DNA of 64,000 nucleotides from Macrostomum hystrix (Eukaryota > Animalia > Platyhelminthes), in the NCBI GenBank assembly GCA_950097015.1, contig CATNEN010000001.1:11904001-11968000 (forward strand). Reading direction: 5' to 3'. The number at the start of each line of letters is the position of its first letter. The first letter of the stretch is position 1. Made by a program: the position numbers and the translations under genes. Shown here piece after piece: positions 47,101-62,045 of the stretch. The notes below the pieces were generated by a model. It was given only the letters and a program-made list of their open reading frames with translations. It searched no databases and had not been told where the DNA came from.

Positions 47101-50100
47101 CATAGGAATCGGCTCTCAAAGGAATCGGCCCTCATAGGAATCGGCTCTCATAGGAATCGGCCCTCATAGGAATCGGCTCATAGGAATCGGCCCTCATAGG
47201 AATCGGCTCTCATAGGAATCGGCTCTCATAGGAATCGGCCCGAATAGGAATCGGCCCTCATAGGAATCGGCTCTCATAGGAATCGGCCCTCATAGGAATC
47301 GGCTCTCATAGGAATCGGCTCTCATAGGAATCGGCTCTCAAAGGAATCGGCTCTCATAGGAATCGGCTCTCATAGGAATCGGCTCTCAGAGGAATCGGCT
47401 CTCATAGGAATCGGCTCTCATAGGAATCGGCTCACATAGGAATCGGCTCTCATAGGAATCGGCTCTCATAGGAATCGGCCCTAATAGGAATCGGCCCTCA
47501 TAGGAATCGGCTCTCATAGGAATCGGCTCTCATAGGAATCGGCTCACATAGGAATCGGCTCTCATAGGAATCGGCTCTCATAGGAATCGGCTCTCATAGG
47601 AATCGGCCCTAATAGGAATCGGCCCTCATAGGAATCGGCTCTCATAGGAATCGGCTCTCATAGGAATCGGGTCTAATAGGGAATCGGCTCTCATAGGAAT
47701 CGGGTCTCATAGGAATCGGCTCACATAGGAATCGGCTCTCATAGGAATCGGCTCTCATAGGAATCGGCTCTCATAGGAATCGGCTCTCATAGGAATCAGC
47801 TCTCATAGGAATCGGGTCTCATAGGAATCGGCTCTCATAGGAATCGGCTCTCATAGGAATCGGCTCTCATAGGAATCGGCTCTCATAGGAATCGGCTCTC
47901 ATAGGAATCGGCTCTGAAAGGAATCGGCTCTCATAGGAATCGGCTCTTATAGGAATCGGCCATCATAGGAATCGGCCCTCATAGGAATCGGCTCTCAAAG
48001 GAATCGGCCCTCATAGGAATCGGCTCTCATAGGAATCGGCCCTCATAGGAATCGGCCCCTTTTAGGAATCGGCTCTCAAAGGAATCGGCCCTCATAGGAA
48101 TCGGCTCTCATAGGAATCGGCTCTCATAGGAATCGGCTCTCATAGGAATCGGCTCTCATAGGAATCGGCTCTCATAGGAATCGGCTCTCATAGGAACCGA
48201 TAGGAATCGGCTCTCATAGGAATCGGCTCTCATAGGAATCGTGTCTCATTGGAATCAGCCCTCATAGGAATCGGCTCTCATAGGAATCGGGTCTCATAGG
48301 AATCGGCCCTCATAGGAATCGGCTCTCAAAGGAATCGGCTCTGAAAGAAATCGGCTCTCATAGGAATCGGCTCTTATAGGAATCGGCCATCATAGGAATC
48401 GGCCCTCATAGGAATCGGCTCTCAAAGGAATCGGCCCTCATAGGAATCGGCTCTCATAGGAATCGGCTCTCATAGGAATCGGCTCTCATAGGAGTCGGCT
48501 CTCATAGGAATCGGCTCTCATAGGAATCGGCTCTCAGAGGAATCGGCTCTCATAGGAATCGGCTCTCATAGGAATCGGCTCTGAAAGGAATCGGCTCTCA
48601 TAGGAATCGGCTCTCATAGGGAATCGGCTCTCATAGGAATCGGCTCTCATAGGAATCGGGTCTAATAGGGAATCGGCTCTCATAGGAATCGGGTCTCATA
48701 GGAATCGGCTCACATAGGAATCGGCTCTCATAGGAATCGGCTCTCATAGGAATCGGCTCTCATAGGAATCGGCTCTCATTGGGAATCGGCTCTCATAGGA
48801 ATCAGCTCTCATAGGAATCGGGTCTTATAGGGAATCGGCTCTCATAGGAATCGGCTCTCATAGGAATCGGCTCTCATAGGAATCGGCTCTCATAGGAATC
48901 GGCTCTCATAGGAATCGGCTCTGAAAGGAATCGGCTCTCATAGGAATCGGCTCTTATAGGAATCGGCCATCATAGGAATCGGCCCTCATAGGAATCGGCT
49001 CTCAAAGGAATCGGCCCTCATAGGAATCGGCTCTCATAGGAATCGGCTCTCATAGGAATCGGCCCTCATAGGAATCGGCTCTCAAAGGAATCGGCCCTCA
49101 TAGGAATCGGCTCTCATAGGAATCGGCTCTCATAGGAATCGGCTCTCATAGGAATCGGCTCTCATAGGAATCGGCTCTGAAAGGAATCGGCTCTCATAGG
49201 AATCGGCTCTCATAGGAATCGGCCCTCATAGGAATCGGCTCTCATAGGAATCGGCTCTCATAGGAATCGGCCCTCATAGGAATCGGCCCTCTTAGGAATC
49301 GGCTCTCAAAGGAATCGGCCCTCATAGGAATCGGCCCTCTTAGGAATCGGCTCTCAAAGGAATCGGCCCTCATAGGAATCGGCTCTCATAGGAATCGGCT
49401 CTCATAGGAATCGGGTCTCATAGGAATCGGCTCTCATAGGAATCGGGTCTCATAGGAATCGGCTCTCATAGGAATCGGCTCTCATAGGAATCGGCTCTCA
49501 TAGGAATCGGCTCTGAAAGGAATCGGCTCTCATAGGAATCGGCTCTCATAGGAATCGGCCATCATAGGAATCGGCCCTCATAGGAATCGGCCATCATAGG
49601 AATCGGCTCTCAAAGGAATCGGCCCTCATAGGAATCGGCTCTCATAGGAATCGGCCCTCATAGGAATCGGCTCTCATAGGAATCGGCCCTCATAGGAATC
49701 GGCTCTCATAGGAATCGGCTCTTATAGGAATCGGCCATCATAGGAATCGGCCCTCATAGGAATCGGCTCTCAAAGGAATCGGCCCTCATAGGAATCGGCT
49801 CTCATAGGAATCGGCTCTCATAGGAGTCGGCTCTCATAGGAATCGGCTCTCATAGGAATCGGCTCTCAGAGGAATCGGCTCTCATAGGAATCGGCTCTCA
49901 TAGGAATCGGCTCTGAAAGGAATCGGCCCTCATAGGAATCGGCTCTCATAGGAATCGGCCCTCATAGGAATCGGCTCTCATAGGAATCGGCCCTCATAGG
50001 AATCGGCTCTCATAGGAATCGGCTCTTATTGGAATCGGCCATCATAGGAATCGGCCCTCATAGGAATCGGCTCTCAAAGGAATCGGCCCTCATAGGAATC

Positions 50101-53100
50101 GGCTCTCATAGGAATCGGCCCTCATAGGAATCGGCTCTCATAGGAATCGGCCCTCATAGGAATCGGCTCTCATAGGAATCGGCTCTCATAGGAATCGGCC
50201 CTCATAGGAATCGGCTCTCATAGGAATCGGCCCTCATAGGAATCGGCTCTCATAGGAATCGGCTCTCATAGGAATCGGCTCTCAAAGGAATCGGCTCTCA
50301 TAGGAATCGGCTCTCATAGGAATCGGCCCTAATAGGAATCGGCCCTCATAGGAATCGGCTCTCATAGGAATCGGCTCTCATAGGAATCGGGTCTAATAGG
50401 GAATCGGCTCTCATAGGAATCGGGTCTCATAGGAATCGGCTCACATAGGAATCGGCTCTCATAGGAATCGGCTCTCATAGGAATCGGCTCTCATAGGAAT
50501 CGGCTCTCATAGGAATCAGCTCTCATAGGAATCGGGTCTCATAGGAATCGGCTCTCATAGGAATCGGCTCTCATAGGAATCGGCTCTCATAGGAATCGGC
50601 TCTCATAGGAATCGGCTCTCATAGGAATCGGCTCTGAAAGGAATCGGCTCTCATAGGAATCGGCTCTTATAGGAATCGGCCATCATAGGAATCGGCCCTC
50701 ATAGGAATCGGCTCTCAAAGGAATCGGCCCTCATAGGAATCGGCTCTCATAGGAATCGGCCCTCATAGGAATCGGCCCCTTTTAGGAATCGGCTCTCAAA
50801 GGAATCGGCCCTCATAGGAATCGGCTCTCATAGGAATCGGCTCTCATAGGAATCGGCTCTCATAGGAATCGGCTCTCATAGGAATCGGCTCTCATAGGAA
50901 TCGGCTCTCATAGGAACCGATAGGAATCGGCTCTCATAGGAATCGGCTCTCATAGGAATCGTGTCTCATTGGAATCAGCCCTCATAGGAATCGGCTCTCA
51001 TAGGAATCGGGTCTCATAGGAATCGGCCCTCATAGGAATCGGCTCTCAAAGGAATCGGCTCTGAAAGAAATCGGCTCTCATAGGAATCGGCTCTCATAGG
51101 AATCGGCCATCATAGGAATCGGCCCTCATAGGAATCGGCTCTCAAAGGAATCGGCCCTCATAGGAATCGGCTCTCATAGGAATCGGCTCTCATAGGAATC
51201 GGCTCTCATAGGAGTCGGCTCTCATAGGAATCGGCTCTCATAGGAATCGGCTCTCAGAGGAATCGGCTCTCATAGGAATCGGCTCTCATAGGAATCGGCT
51301 CTGAAAGGAATCGGCTCTCATAGGAATCGGCTCTCATAGGGAATCGGCTCTCATAGGAATCGGCTCTCATAGGAATCGGGTCTAATAGGGAATCGGCTCT
51401 CATAGGAATCGGGTCTCATAGGAATCGGCTCACATAGGAATCGGCTCTCATAGGAATCGGCTCTCATAGGAATCGGCTCTCATAGGAATCGGCTGTCATT
51501 GGGAATCGGCTCTCATAGGAATCAGCTCTCATAGGAATCGGGTCTTATAGGGAATCGGCTCTCATAGGAATCGGCTCTCATAGGAATCGGCTCTCATAGG
51601 AATCGGCTCTCATAGGAATCGGCTCTCATAGGAATCGGCTCTGAAAGGAATCGGCTCTCATAGGAATCGGCTCTTATAGGAATCGGCCATCATAGGAATC
51701 GGCCCTCATAGGAATCGGCTCTCAAAGGAATCGGCCCTCATAGGAATCGGCTCTCATAGGAATCGGCTCTCATAGGAATCGGCCCTCATAGGAATCGGCC
51801 CTCTTAGGAATCGGCTCTCAAAGGAATCGGCCCTCATAGGAATCGGCTCTCATAGGAATCGGCTCTCATAGGAATCGGCTCTCATAGGAATCGGCTCTCA
51901 TAGGAATCGGCTCTGAAAGGAATCGGCTCTCATAGGAATCGGCTCTCATAGGGAATCGGCTCTCATAGGAATCGGCTCTCATAGGAATCGGGTCTAATAG
52001 GGAATCGGCTCTCATAGGAATCGGGTCTCATAGGAATCGGCTCACATAGGAATCGGCTCTCATAGGAATCGGCTCTCATAGGAATCGGCTCTCATAGGAA
52101 TCGGCTCTCATTGGGAATCGGCTCTCATAGGAATCAGCTCTCATAGGAATCGGGTCTCATAGGGAATCGGCTCTCATAGGAATCGGCTCTCATAGGAATC
52201 GGCTCTCATAGGAATCGGCTCTCATAGGAATCGACTCTGAAAGGAATCGGCTCTCATAGGAATCGGCTCTTATAGGAATCGGCCATCATAGGAATCGGCC
52301 CTCATAGGAATCGGCTCTCAAAGGAATCGGCCCTCATAGGAATCGGCTCTCATAGGAATCGGCTCTTATTGGAATCGGCCATCATAGGAATCGGCCCTCA
52401 TAGGAATCGGCTCTCAAAGGAATCGGCCCTCATAGGAATCGGCTCTCATAGGAATCGGCCCTCATAGGAATCGGCTCATAGGAATCGGCCCTCATAGGAA
52501 TCGGCTCTCATAGGAATCGGCTCTCATAGGAATCGGCCCGAATAGGAATCGGCCCTCATAGGAATCGGCTCTCATAGGAATCGGCCCTCATAGGAATCGG
52601 CTCTCATAGGAATCGGCTCTCATAGGAATCGGCTCTCAAAGGAATCGGCTCTCATAGGAATCGGCTCTCATAGGAATCGGCTCTCAGAGGAATCGGCTCT
52701 CATAGGAATCGGCTCTCATAGGAATCGGCTCACATAGGAATCGGCTCTCATAGGAATCGGCTCTCATAGGAATCGGCCCTAATAGGAATCGGCCCTCATA
52801 GGAATCGGCTCTCATAGGAATCGGCTCTCATAGGAATCGGCTCACATAGGAATCGGCTCTCATAGGAATCGGCTCTCATAGGAATCGGCTCTCATAGGAA
52901 TCGGCCCTAATAGGAATCGGCCCTCATAGGAATCGGCTCTCATAGGAATCGGCTCTCATAGGAATCGGGTCTAATAGGGAATCGGCTCTCATAGGAATCG
53001 GGTCTCATAGGAATCGGCTCACATAGGAATCGGCTCTCATAGGAATCGGCTCTCATAGGAATCGGCTCTCATAGGAATCGGCTCTCATAGGAATCAGCTC

Positions 53101-56100
53101 TCATAGGAATCGGGTCTCATAGGAATCGGCTCTCATAGGAATCGGCTCTCATAGGAATCGGCTCTCATAGGAATCGGCTCTCATAGGAATCGGCTCTCAT
53201 AGGAATCGGCTCTGAAAGGAATCGGCTCTCATAGGAATCGGCTCTTATAGGAATCGGCCATCATAGGAATCGGCCCTCATAGGAATCGGCTCTCAAAGGA
53301 ATCGGCCCTCATAGGAATCGGCTCTCATAGGAATCGGCCCTCATAGGAATCGGCCCCTTTTAGGAATCGGCTCTCAAAGGAATCGGCCCTCATAGGAATC
53401 GGCTCTCATAGGAATCGGCTCTCATAGGAATCGGCTCTCATAGGAATCGGCTCTCATAGGAATCGGCTCTCATAGGAATCGGCTCTCATAGGAACCGATA
53501 GGAATCGGCTCTCATAGGAATCGGCTCTCATAGGAATCGTGTCTCATTGGAATCAGCCCTCATAGGAATCGGCTCTCATAGGAATCGGGTCTCATAGGAA
53601 TCGGCCCTCATAGGAATCGGCTCTCAAAGGAATCGGCTCTGAAAGAAATCGGCTCTCATAGGAATCGGCTCTTATAGGAATCGGCCATCATAGGAATCGG
53701 CCCTCATAGGAATCGGCTCTCAAAGGAATCGGCCCTCATAGGAATCGGCTCTCATAGGAATCGGCTCTCATAGGAATCGGCTCTCATAGGAGTCGGCTCT
53801 CATAGGAATCGGCTCTCATAGGAATCGGCTCTCAGAGGAATCGGCTCTCATAGGAATCGGCTCTCATAGGAATCGGCTCTGAAAGGAATCGGCTCTCATA
53901 GGAATCGGCTCTCATAGGGAATCGGCTCTCATAGGAATCGGCTCTCATAGGAATCGGGTCTAATAGGGAATCGGCTCTCATAGGAATCGGGTCTCATAGG
54001 AATCGGCTCACATAGGAATCGGCTCTCATAGGAATCGGCTCTCATAGGAATCGGCTCTCATAGGAATCGGCTCTCATTGGGAATCGGCTCTCATAGGAAT
54101 CAGCTCTCATAGGAATCGGGTCTTATAGGGAATCGGCTCTCATAGGAATCGGCTCTCATAGGAATCGGCTCTCATAGGAATCGGCTCTCATAGGAATCGG
54201 CTCTCATAGGAATCGGCTCTGAAAGGAATCGGCTCTCATAGGAATCGGCTCTTATAGGAATCGGCCATCATAGGAATCGGCCCTCATAGGAATCGGCTCT
54301 CAAAGGAATCGGCCCTCATAGGAATCGGCTCTCATAGGAATCGGCTCTCATAGGAATCGGCCCTCATAGGAATCGGCTCTCAAAGGAATCGGCCCTCATA
54401 GGAATCGGCTCTCATAGGAATCGGCTCTCATAGGAATCGGCTCTCATAGGAATCGGCTCTCATAGGAATCGGCTCTGAAAGGAATCGGCTCTCATAGGAA
54501 TCGGCTCTCATAGGAATCGGCCCTCATAGGAATCGGCTCTCATAGGAATCGGCTCTCATAGGAATCGGCCCTCATAGGAATCGGCCCTCTTAGGAATCGG
54601 CTCTCAAAGGAATCGGCCCTCATAGGAATCGGCCCTCTTAGGAATCGGCTCTCAAAGGAATCGGCCCTCATAGGAATCGGCTCTCATAGGAATCGGCTCT
54701 CATAGGAATCGGGTCTCATAGGAATCGGCTCTCATAGGAATCGGGTCTCATAGGAATCGGCTCTCATAGGAATCGGCTCTCATAGGAATCGGCTCTCATA
54801 GGAATCGGCTCTGAAAGGAATCGGCTCTCATAGGAATCGGCTCTCATAGGAATCGGCCATCATAGGAATCGGCCCTCATAGGAATCGGCCATCATAGGAA
54901 TCGGCTCTCAAAGGAATCGGCCCTCATAGGAATCGGCTCTCATAGGAATCGGCCCTCATAGGAATCGGCTCTCATAGGAATCGGCCCTCATAGGAATCGG
55001 CTCTCATAGGAATCGGCTCTTATAGGAATCGGCCATCATAGGAATCGGCCCTCATAGGAATCGGCTCTCAAAGGAATCGGCCCTCATAGGAATCGGCTCT
55101 CATAGGAATCGGCTCTCATAGGAATCGGCTCTCATAGGAGTCGGCTCTCATAGGAATCGGCTCTCATAGGAATCGGCTCTCAGAGGAATCGGCTCTCATA
55201 GGAATCGGCTCTCATAGGAATCGGCTCTGAAAGGAATCGGCCCTCATAGGAATCGGCTCTCATAGGAATCGGCCCTCATAGGAATCGGCTCTCATAGGAA
55301 TCGGCCCTCATAGGAATCGGCTCTCATAGGAATCGGCTCTTATTGGAATCGGCCATCATAGGAATCGGCCCTCATAGGAATCGGCTCTCAAAGGAATCGG
55401 CCCTCATAGGAATCGGCTCTCATAGGAATCGGCCCTCATAGGAATCGGCTCTCATAGGAATCGGCCCTCATAGGAATCGGCTCTCATAGGAATCGGCTCT
55501 CATAGGAATCGGCCCTCATAGGAATCGGCTCTCATAGGAATCGGCCCTCATAGGAATCGGCTCTCATAGGAATCGGCTCTCATAGGAATCGGCTCTCAAA
55601 GGAATCGGCTCTCATAGGAATCGGCTCTCATAGGAATCGGCTCTCAGAGGAATCGGCTCTCATAGGAATCGGCTCTCATAGGAATCGGCTCTCATAGGAA
55701 TCGGCCCTAATAGGAATCGGCCCTCATAGGAATCGGCTCTCATAGGAATCGGCTCTCATAGGAATCGGGTCTAATAGGGAATCGGCTCTCATAGGAATCG
55801 GGTCTCATAGGAATCGGCTCACATAGGAATCGGCTCTCATAGGAATCGGCTCTCATAGGAATCGGCTCTCATAGGAATCGGCTCTCATAGGAATCAGCTC
55901 TCATAGGAATCGGGTCTCATAGGAATCGGCTCTCATAGGAATCGGCTCTCATAGGAATCGGCTCTCATAGGAATCGGCTCTCATAGGAATCGGCTCTCAT
56001 AGGAATCGGCTCTGAAAGGAATCGGCTCTCATAGGAATCGGCTCTTATAGGAATCGGCCATCATAGGAATCGGCCCTCATAGGAATCGGCTCTCAAAGGA

Positions 56101-59100
56101 ATCGGCCCTCATAGGAATCGGCTCTCATAGGAATCGGCCCTCATAGGAATCGGCCCCTTTTAGGAATCGGCTCTCAAAGGAATCGGCCCTCATAGGAATC
56201 GGCTCTCATAGGAATCGGCTCTCATAGGAATCGGCTCTCATAGGAATCGGCTCTCATAGGAATCGGCTCTCATAGGAATCGGCTCTCATAGGAACCGATA
56301 GGAATCGGCTCTCATAGGAATCGGCTCTCATAGGAATCGTGTCTCATTGGAATCAGCCCTCATAGGAATCGGCTCTCATAGGAATCGGGTCTCATAGGAA
56401 TCGGCCCTCATAGGAATCGGCTCTCAAAGGAATCGGCTCTGAAAGAAATCGGCTCTCATAGGAATCGGCTCTCATAGGAATCGGCCATCATAGGAATCGG
56501 CCCTCATAGGAATCGGCTCTCAAAGGAATCGGCCCTCATAGGAATCGGCTCTCATAGGAATCGGCTCTCATAGGAATCGGCTCTCATAGGAGTCGGCTCT
56601 CATAGGAATCGGCTCTCATAGGAATCGGCTCTCAGAGGAATCGGCTCTCATAGGAATCGGCTCTCATAGGAATCGGCTCTGAAAGGAATCGGCTCTCATA
56701 GGAATCGGCTCTCATAGGGAATCGGCTCTCATAGGAATCGGCTCTCATAGGAATCGGGTCTAATAGGGAATCGGCTCTCATAGGAATCGGGTCTCATAGG
56801 AATCGGCTCACATAGGAATCGGCTCTCATAGGAATCGGCTCTCATAGGAATCGGCTCTCATAGGAATCGGCTCTCATTGGGAATCGGCTCTCATAGGAAT
56901 CAGCTCTCATAGGAATCGGGTCTTATAGGGAATCGGCTCTCATAGGAATCGGCTCTCATAGGAATCGGCTCTCATAGGAATCGGCTCTCATAGGAATCGG
57001 CTCTCATAGGAATCGGCTCTGAAAGGAATCGGCTCTCATAGGAATCGGCTCTTATAGGAATCGGCCATCATAGGAATCGGCCCTCATAGGAATCGGCTCT
57101 CAAAGGAATCGGCCCTCATAGGAATCGGCTCTCATAGGAATCGGCTCTCATAGGAATCGGCCCTCATAGGAATCGGCCCTCTTAGGAATCGGCTCTCAAA
57201 GGAATCGGCCCTCATAGGAATCGGCTCTCATAGGAATCGGCTCTCATAGGAATCGGCTCTCATAGGAATCGGCTCTCATAGGAATCGGCTCTGAAAGGAA
57301 TCGGCTCTCATAGGAATCGGCTCTCATAGGAATCGGCCCTCATAGGAATCGGCTCTCATAGGAATCGGCTCTCATAGGAATCGGCCCTCATAGGAATCGG
57401 CCCTCTTAGGAATCGGCTCTCAAAGGAATCGGCCCTCATAGGAATCGGCCCTCTTAGGAATCGGCTCTCAAAGGAATCGGCCCTCATAGGAATCGGCTCT
57501 CATAGGAATCGGCTCTCATAGGAATCGGCTCTCATAGGAATCGGGTCTCATAGGAATCGGCTCTCATAGGAATCGGGTCTCATAGGAATCGGCTCTCATA
57601 GGAATCGGCTCTCATAGGAATCGGCTCTCATAGGAATCGGCTCTGAAAGGAATCGGCTCTCATAGGAATCGGCTCTCATAGGAATCGGCCATCATAGGAA
57701 TCGGCCCTCATAGGAATCGGCCATCATAGGAATCGGCCCTCATAGGAATCGGCTCTCAAAGGAATCGGCCCTCATAGGAATCGGCTCTCATAGGAATCGG
57801 CCCTCATAGGAATCGGCTCTCATAGGAATCGGCCCTCATAGGAATCGGCTCTCATAGGAATCGGCTCTTATAGGAATCGGCCATCATAGGAATCGGCCCT
57901 CATAGGAATCGGCTCTCAAAGGAATCGGCCCTCATAGGAATCGGCTCTCATAGGAATCGGCTCTCATAGGAATCGGCTCTCATAGGAGTCGGCTCTCATA
58001 GGAATCGGCTCTCATAGGAATCGGCTCTCAGAGGAATCGGCTCTCATAGGAATCGGCTCTCATAGGAATCGGCTCTGAAAGGAATCGGCTCTCATAGGAA
58101 TCGGCTCTCATAGGGAATCGGCTCTCATAGGAATCGGCTCTCATAGGAATCGGGTCTAATAGGGAATCGGCTCTCATAGGAATCGGGTCTCATAGGAATC
58201 GGCTCACATAGGAATCGGCTCTCATAGGAATCGGCTCTCATAGGAATCGGCTCTCATAGGAATCGGCTCTCATTGGGAATCGGCTCTCATAGGAATCAGC
58301 TCTCATAGGAATCGGGTCTTATAGGGAATCGGCTCTCATAGGAATCGGCTCTCATAGGAATCGGCTCTCATAGGAATCGGCTCTCATAGGAATCGGCTCT
58401 CATAGGAATCGGCTCTCATAGGAATCGGCTCTGAAAGGAATCGGCTCTCATAGGAATCGGCTCTTATAGGAATCGGCCATCATAGGAATCGGCCCTCATA
58501 GGAATCGGCTCTCAAAGGAATCGGCCCTCATAGGAATCGGCTCTCATAGGAATCGGCTCTCATAGGAATCGGCCCTCATAGGAATCGGCCCTCTTAGGAA
58601 TCGGCTCTCAAAGGAATCGGCCCTCATAGGAATCGGCTCTCATAGGAATCGGCTCTCATAGGAATCGGCTCTCATAGGAATCGGGTCTCATAGGAATCGG
58701 CTCTCATAGGAACCGATAGGAATCGGCTCTCATAGGAATCGGCTCTCATAGGAATCGTGTCTCATAGGAATCGGCCCTCATAGGAATCGGCTCTCATAGG
58801 AATCGGCCCTCATAGGAATCGGCTCTCATAGGAATCGGCTCTGAAAGGAATCGGCTCTCATAGGAATCGGCTCTTATTGGAATCGGCCATCATAGGAATC
58901 GGCCCTCATAGGAATCGGCTCTCAAAGGAATCGGCCCTCATAGGAATCGGCTCTCATAGGAATCGGCCCTCATAGGAATCGGCTCTCATAGGAATCGGCC
59001 CTCATAGGAATCGGCTCTCATAGGAATCGGCTCTCATAGGAATCGGCCCTAATAGGAATCGGCTCTCATAGGAGTCGGCTCTCATAGGAATCGGCTCTCA

Positions 59101-61112
59101 TAGGAATCGGCTCTCATAGGAATCGGCCCTCATAGGAATCGGCTCTCATAGGAATCGGCTCTCATAGGAATCGGCTCTCATAGGAATCGGGTCTCATAGG
59201 AATCGGCTCTCATAGGAACCGATAGGAATCGGCTCTCATAGGAATCGGCTCTCATAGGAATCGTGTCTCATAGGAATCGGCCCTCATAGGAATCGGCTCT
59301 CATAGGAATCGGCCCTCATAGGAATCGGCTCTCATAGGAATCGGCTCTGAAAGGAATCGGCTCTCATAGGAATCGGCTCTTATTGGAATCGGCCATCATA
59401 GGAATCGGCCCTCATAGGAATCGGCTCTCAAAGGAATCGGCCCTCATAGGAATCGGCTCTCATAGGAATCGGCCCTCATAGGAATCGGCTCTCATAGGAA
59501 TCGGCCCTCATAGGAATCGGCTCTCATAGGAATCGGCTCTCATAGGAATCGGCCCTAATAGGAATCGGCTCTCATAGGAGTCGGCTCTCATAGGAATCGG
59601 CTCTCATAGGAATCGGCTCTCATAGGAATCGGCCCTCATAGGAATCGGCTCTCATAGGAATCGGCTCTCAGAGGAATCGGCTCTCATAGGAATCGGCTCT
59701 CATAGGAATCGGCTCTCATAGGAATCGGGTCTCATAGGAATCGGCTCTCATAGGAACCGATAGGAATCAGCTCTCATAGGAATCGGCTCTCATAGGAATC
59801 GTGTCTCATAGGAATCGGCCCTCATAGGAATCGGCTCTCATAGGAATCGGGTCTCATAGGAATCGGCCCTCATAGGAATCGGCTCTCAAAGGAATCGGCT
59901 CTGAAAGAAATCGGCTCTCATAGGAATCGGCTCTTATAGGAATCGGCCATCATAGGAATCGGCCCTCATAGGAATCGGCTCTCATAGGAATCGGCTCTCA
60001 TAGGAATCGGCTCTCATAGGAGTCGGCTCTCATAGGAATCGGCTCTCATTGGGAATCGGCTCTCATAGGAATCAGCTCTCATAGGAATCGGGTCTCATAG
60101 GAATCGGCTCTCATAGGAATCGGCTCTCATAGGAATCGGCTCTCATAGGAATCGGCTCTCATAGGAATCGGCTCTCATAGGAATCGGCTCTGAAAGGAAT
60201 CGGCTCTCATAGGAATCGGGTCTCATAGGAATCGGCCCTCATAGGAATCGGCTCTCATAGGAATCGGCTCTGAAAGGAATCGGCTCTCATAGGAATCGGC
60301 TCTCAGAGGAATCGGCTCTCATAGGAATCGGCTCTCATAGGAATCGGCTCACATAGGAATCGGCTCTCATAGGAATCGGCTCTCATAGGAATCGGCCCTA
60401 ATAGGAATCGGCCCTCATAGGAATCGGCTCTCATAGGAATCGGCTCTCATAGGAATCGGCTCTCATAGGAATCGGCTCTCATAGGAATCGGCTCTCATAG
60501 GAATCGGCTCTCATAGGAGTCGGCTCTCATAGGAATCGGCTCTCATAGGAATCGGCTCTCAGAGGAATCGGCTCTCATAGGAATCGGCTCTCATAGGAAT
60601 CGGCTCTGAAAGGAATCGGCTCTCATAGGAATCGGCTCTCATAGGGAATCGGCTCTCATAGGAATCGGCTCTCATAGGAATCGGGTCTAATAGGGAATCG
60701 GCTCTCATAGGAATCGGGTCTCATAGGAATCGGCTCACATAGGAATCGGCTCTCATAGGAATCGGCTCTCATAGGAATCGGCTCTCATAGGAATCGGCTC
60801 TCATTGGGAATCGGCTCTCATAGGAATCAGCTCTCATAGGAATCGGCTCTCATAGGAATCGGCTCTCATAGGAATCGGCTCTCATAGGAATCGGCTCTCA
60901 TAGGAATCGGCTCTCATAGGAATCGGCTCTGAAAGGAATCGGCTCTCATAGGAATCGGCTCTTATAGGAATCGGCCATCATAGGAATCGGCTCTCATAGG
61001 AATCGGCTCTCATAGGAATCGGCTCTCATAGGAATCGGCTCTCATAGGAATCGGCTCTGAAAGGAATCGGCTCTCATAGGAATCGGCTCTTATAGGAATC
61101 GGCCCTCTTATA
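41198..61112. repeat. ~19.9 kb 16-bp satellite (CATAGGAATCGGCTCT)n, ~1240 copies, with higher-order structure
   Basis: Direct reading; rare variant units recur at kilobase-scale periods. Confidence 0.99.
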
Positions 61113-61612
61113 GCATCGAATTTCGGCTATAAATCAATCACACGACTTGGAGTCCAAGTAACCGCCAGTGGGGACCGCCAGTGTGGCCAAGTGTTTATGC
61201 ACGTTTTTATAATGTTGCGTAAGCTTGTGTATTTCATAAAATAACCAAACAGCCAGTGGGGCCAATTGTGACCGCCAGTGGGTTGCTAATTACAGTGCCA
61301 TGCTGTTTCTGGATAACAGCGCCATGCTATAAGAAAAGACATCAGCTAAGCGAAATAACAAGCGAAATAGTAAAAATAGCTAAGTGACTTTTTATAATGC
61401 ACATAAAAACCGCGACCGTTGCTACGCCAGACATTGTCTAAAATTCAAGAGAATAAAGATATATTTGTATATTTTTCGATACATATCGGCTTAATACAAA
61501 CTTTTAAACGTACTGTCGATAAAACTTTTTTCGATACATATAGGCAAAAAATGTACAACTTTTAAGTGCCAATAGCCGAGAAAAAAGTTTTTTAGGTAAA
61601 ACAAACACATAC

Positions 61613-62045
61613 CCAGAAACTGGAAAGCCAGTTTGAAATGCGGCAACAATTTGTCGGCGTAGCCGTCGTTAACTGGAACCCGCATGAAATTAGCCTCGTC
61701 GACGTGCTCCGACTGCGGACAATTGGCGCTCACATTCAATATGTGGGTAATGCCGTGACGCCGGATCACATCTGAGTCGCAGGCGTCAGTTTGAGAGCCG
61801 ACGTAGACAAAACTTAATAGTTTAGACATTGCACTGACAGTGGTTGGACTGCTTGCACAGCTAGCCACTATTGAAGCAGCGGAGGCGGCCGTCAGACAGA
61901 ATCTTTTCTGACGCTTCGCTTCTGAGCAGGATGAGTCTGAGTCCTCTGCTGTTGATGCCGAAGACTCAGATTGCTGCTTTTGCTGCTGAAGTTGGCGTTC
62001 GAATTCGGTAAGCGTCTTCGTCAGTGCTGGCCGGAGCGTTTCCAG
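61613..62045 (-). CDS. MKP/DUSP8/16-like dual-specificity phosphatase segment (N-terminal part of the DSP domain); catalytic exon not found
   Basis: The frame is open 62045-61491 and encodes SKLLSFVYVGSQTDACDSDVIRRHGITHILNVS..FMRVPVNDGYADKLLPHFKLAFQFL. Donor GTATGT at 61612 (phase 1). No HCxxGxSRS exon is seen downstream. Confidence 0.75.
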
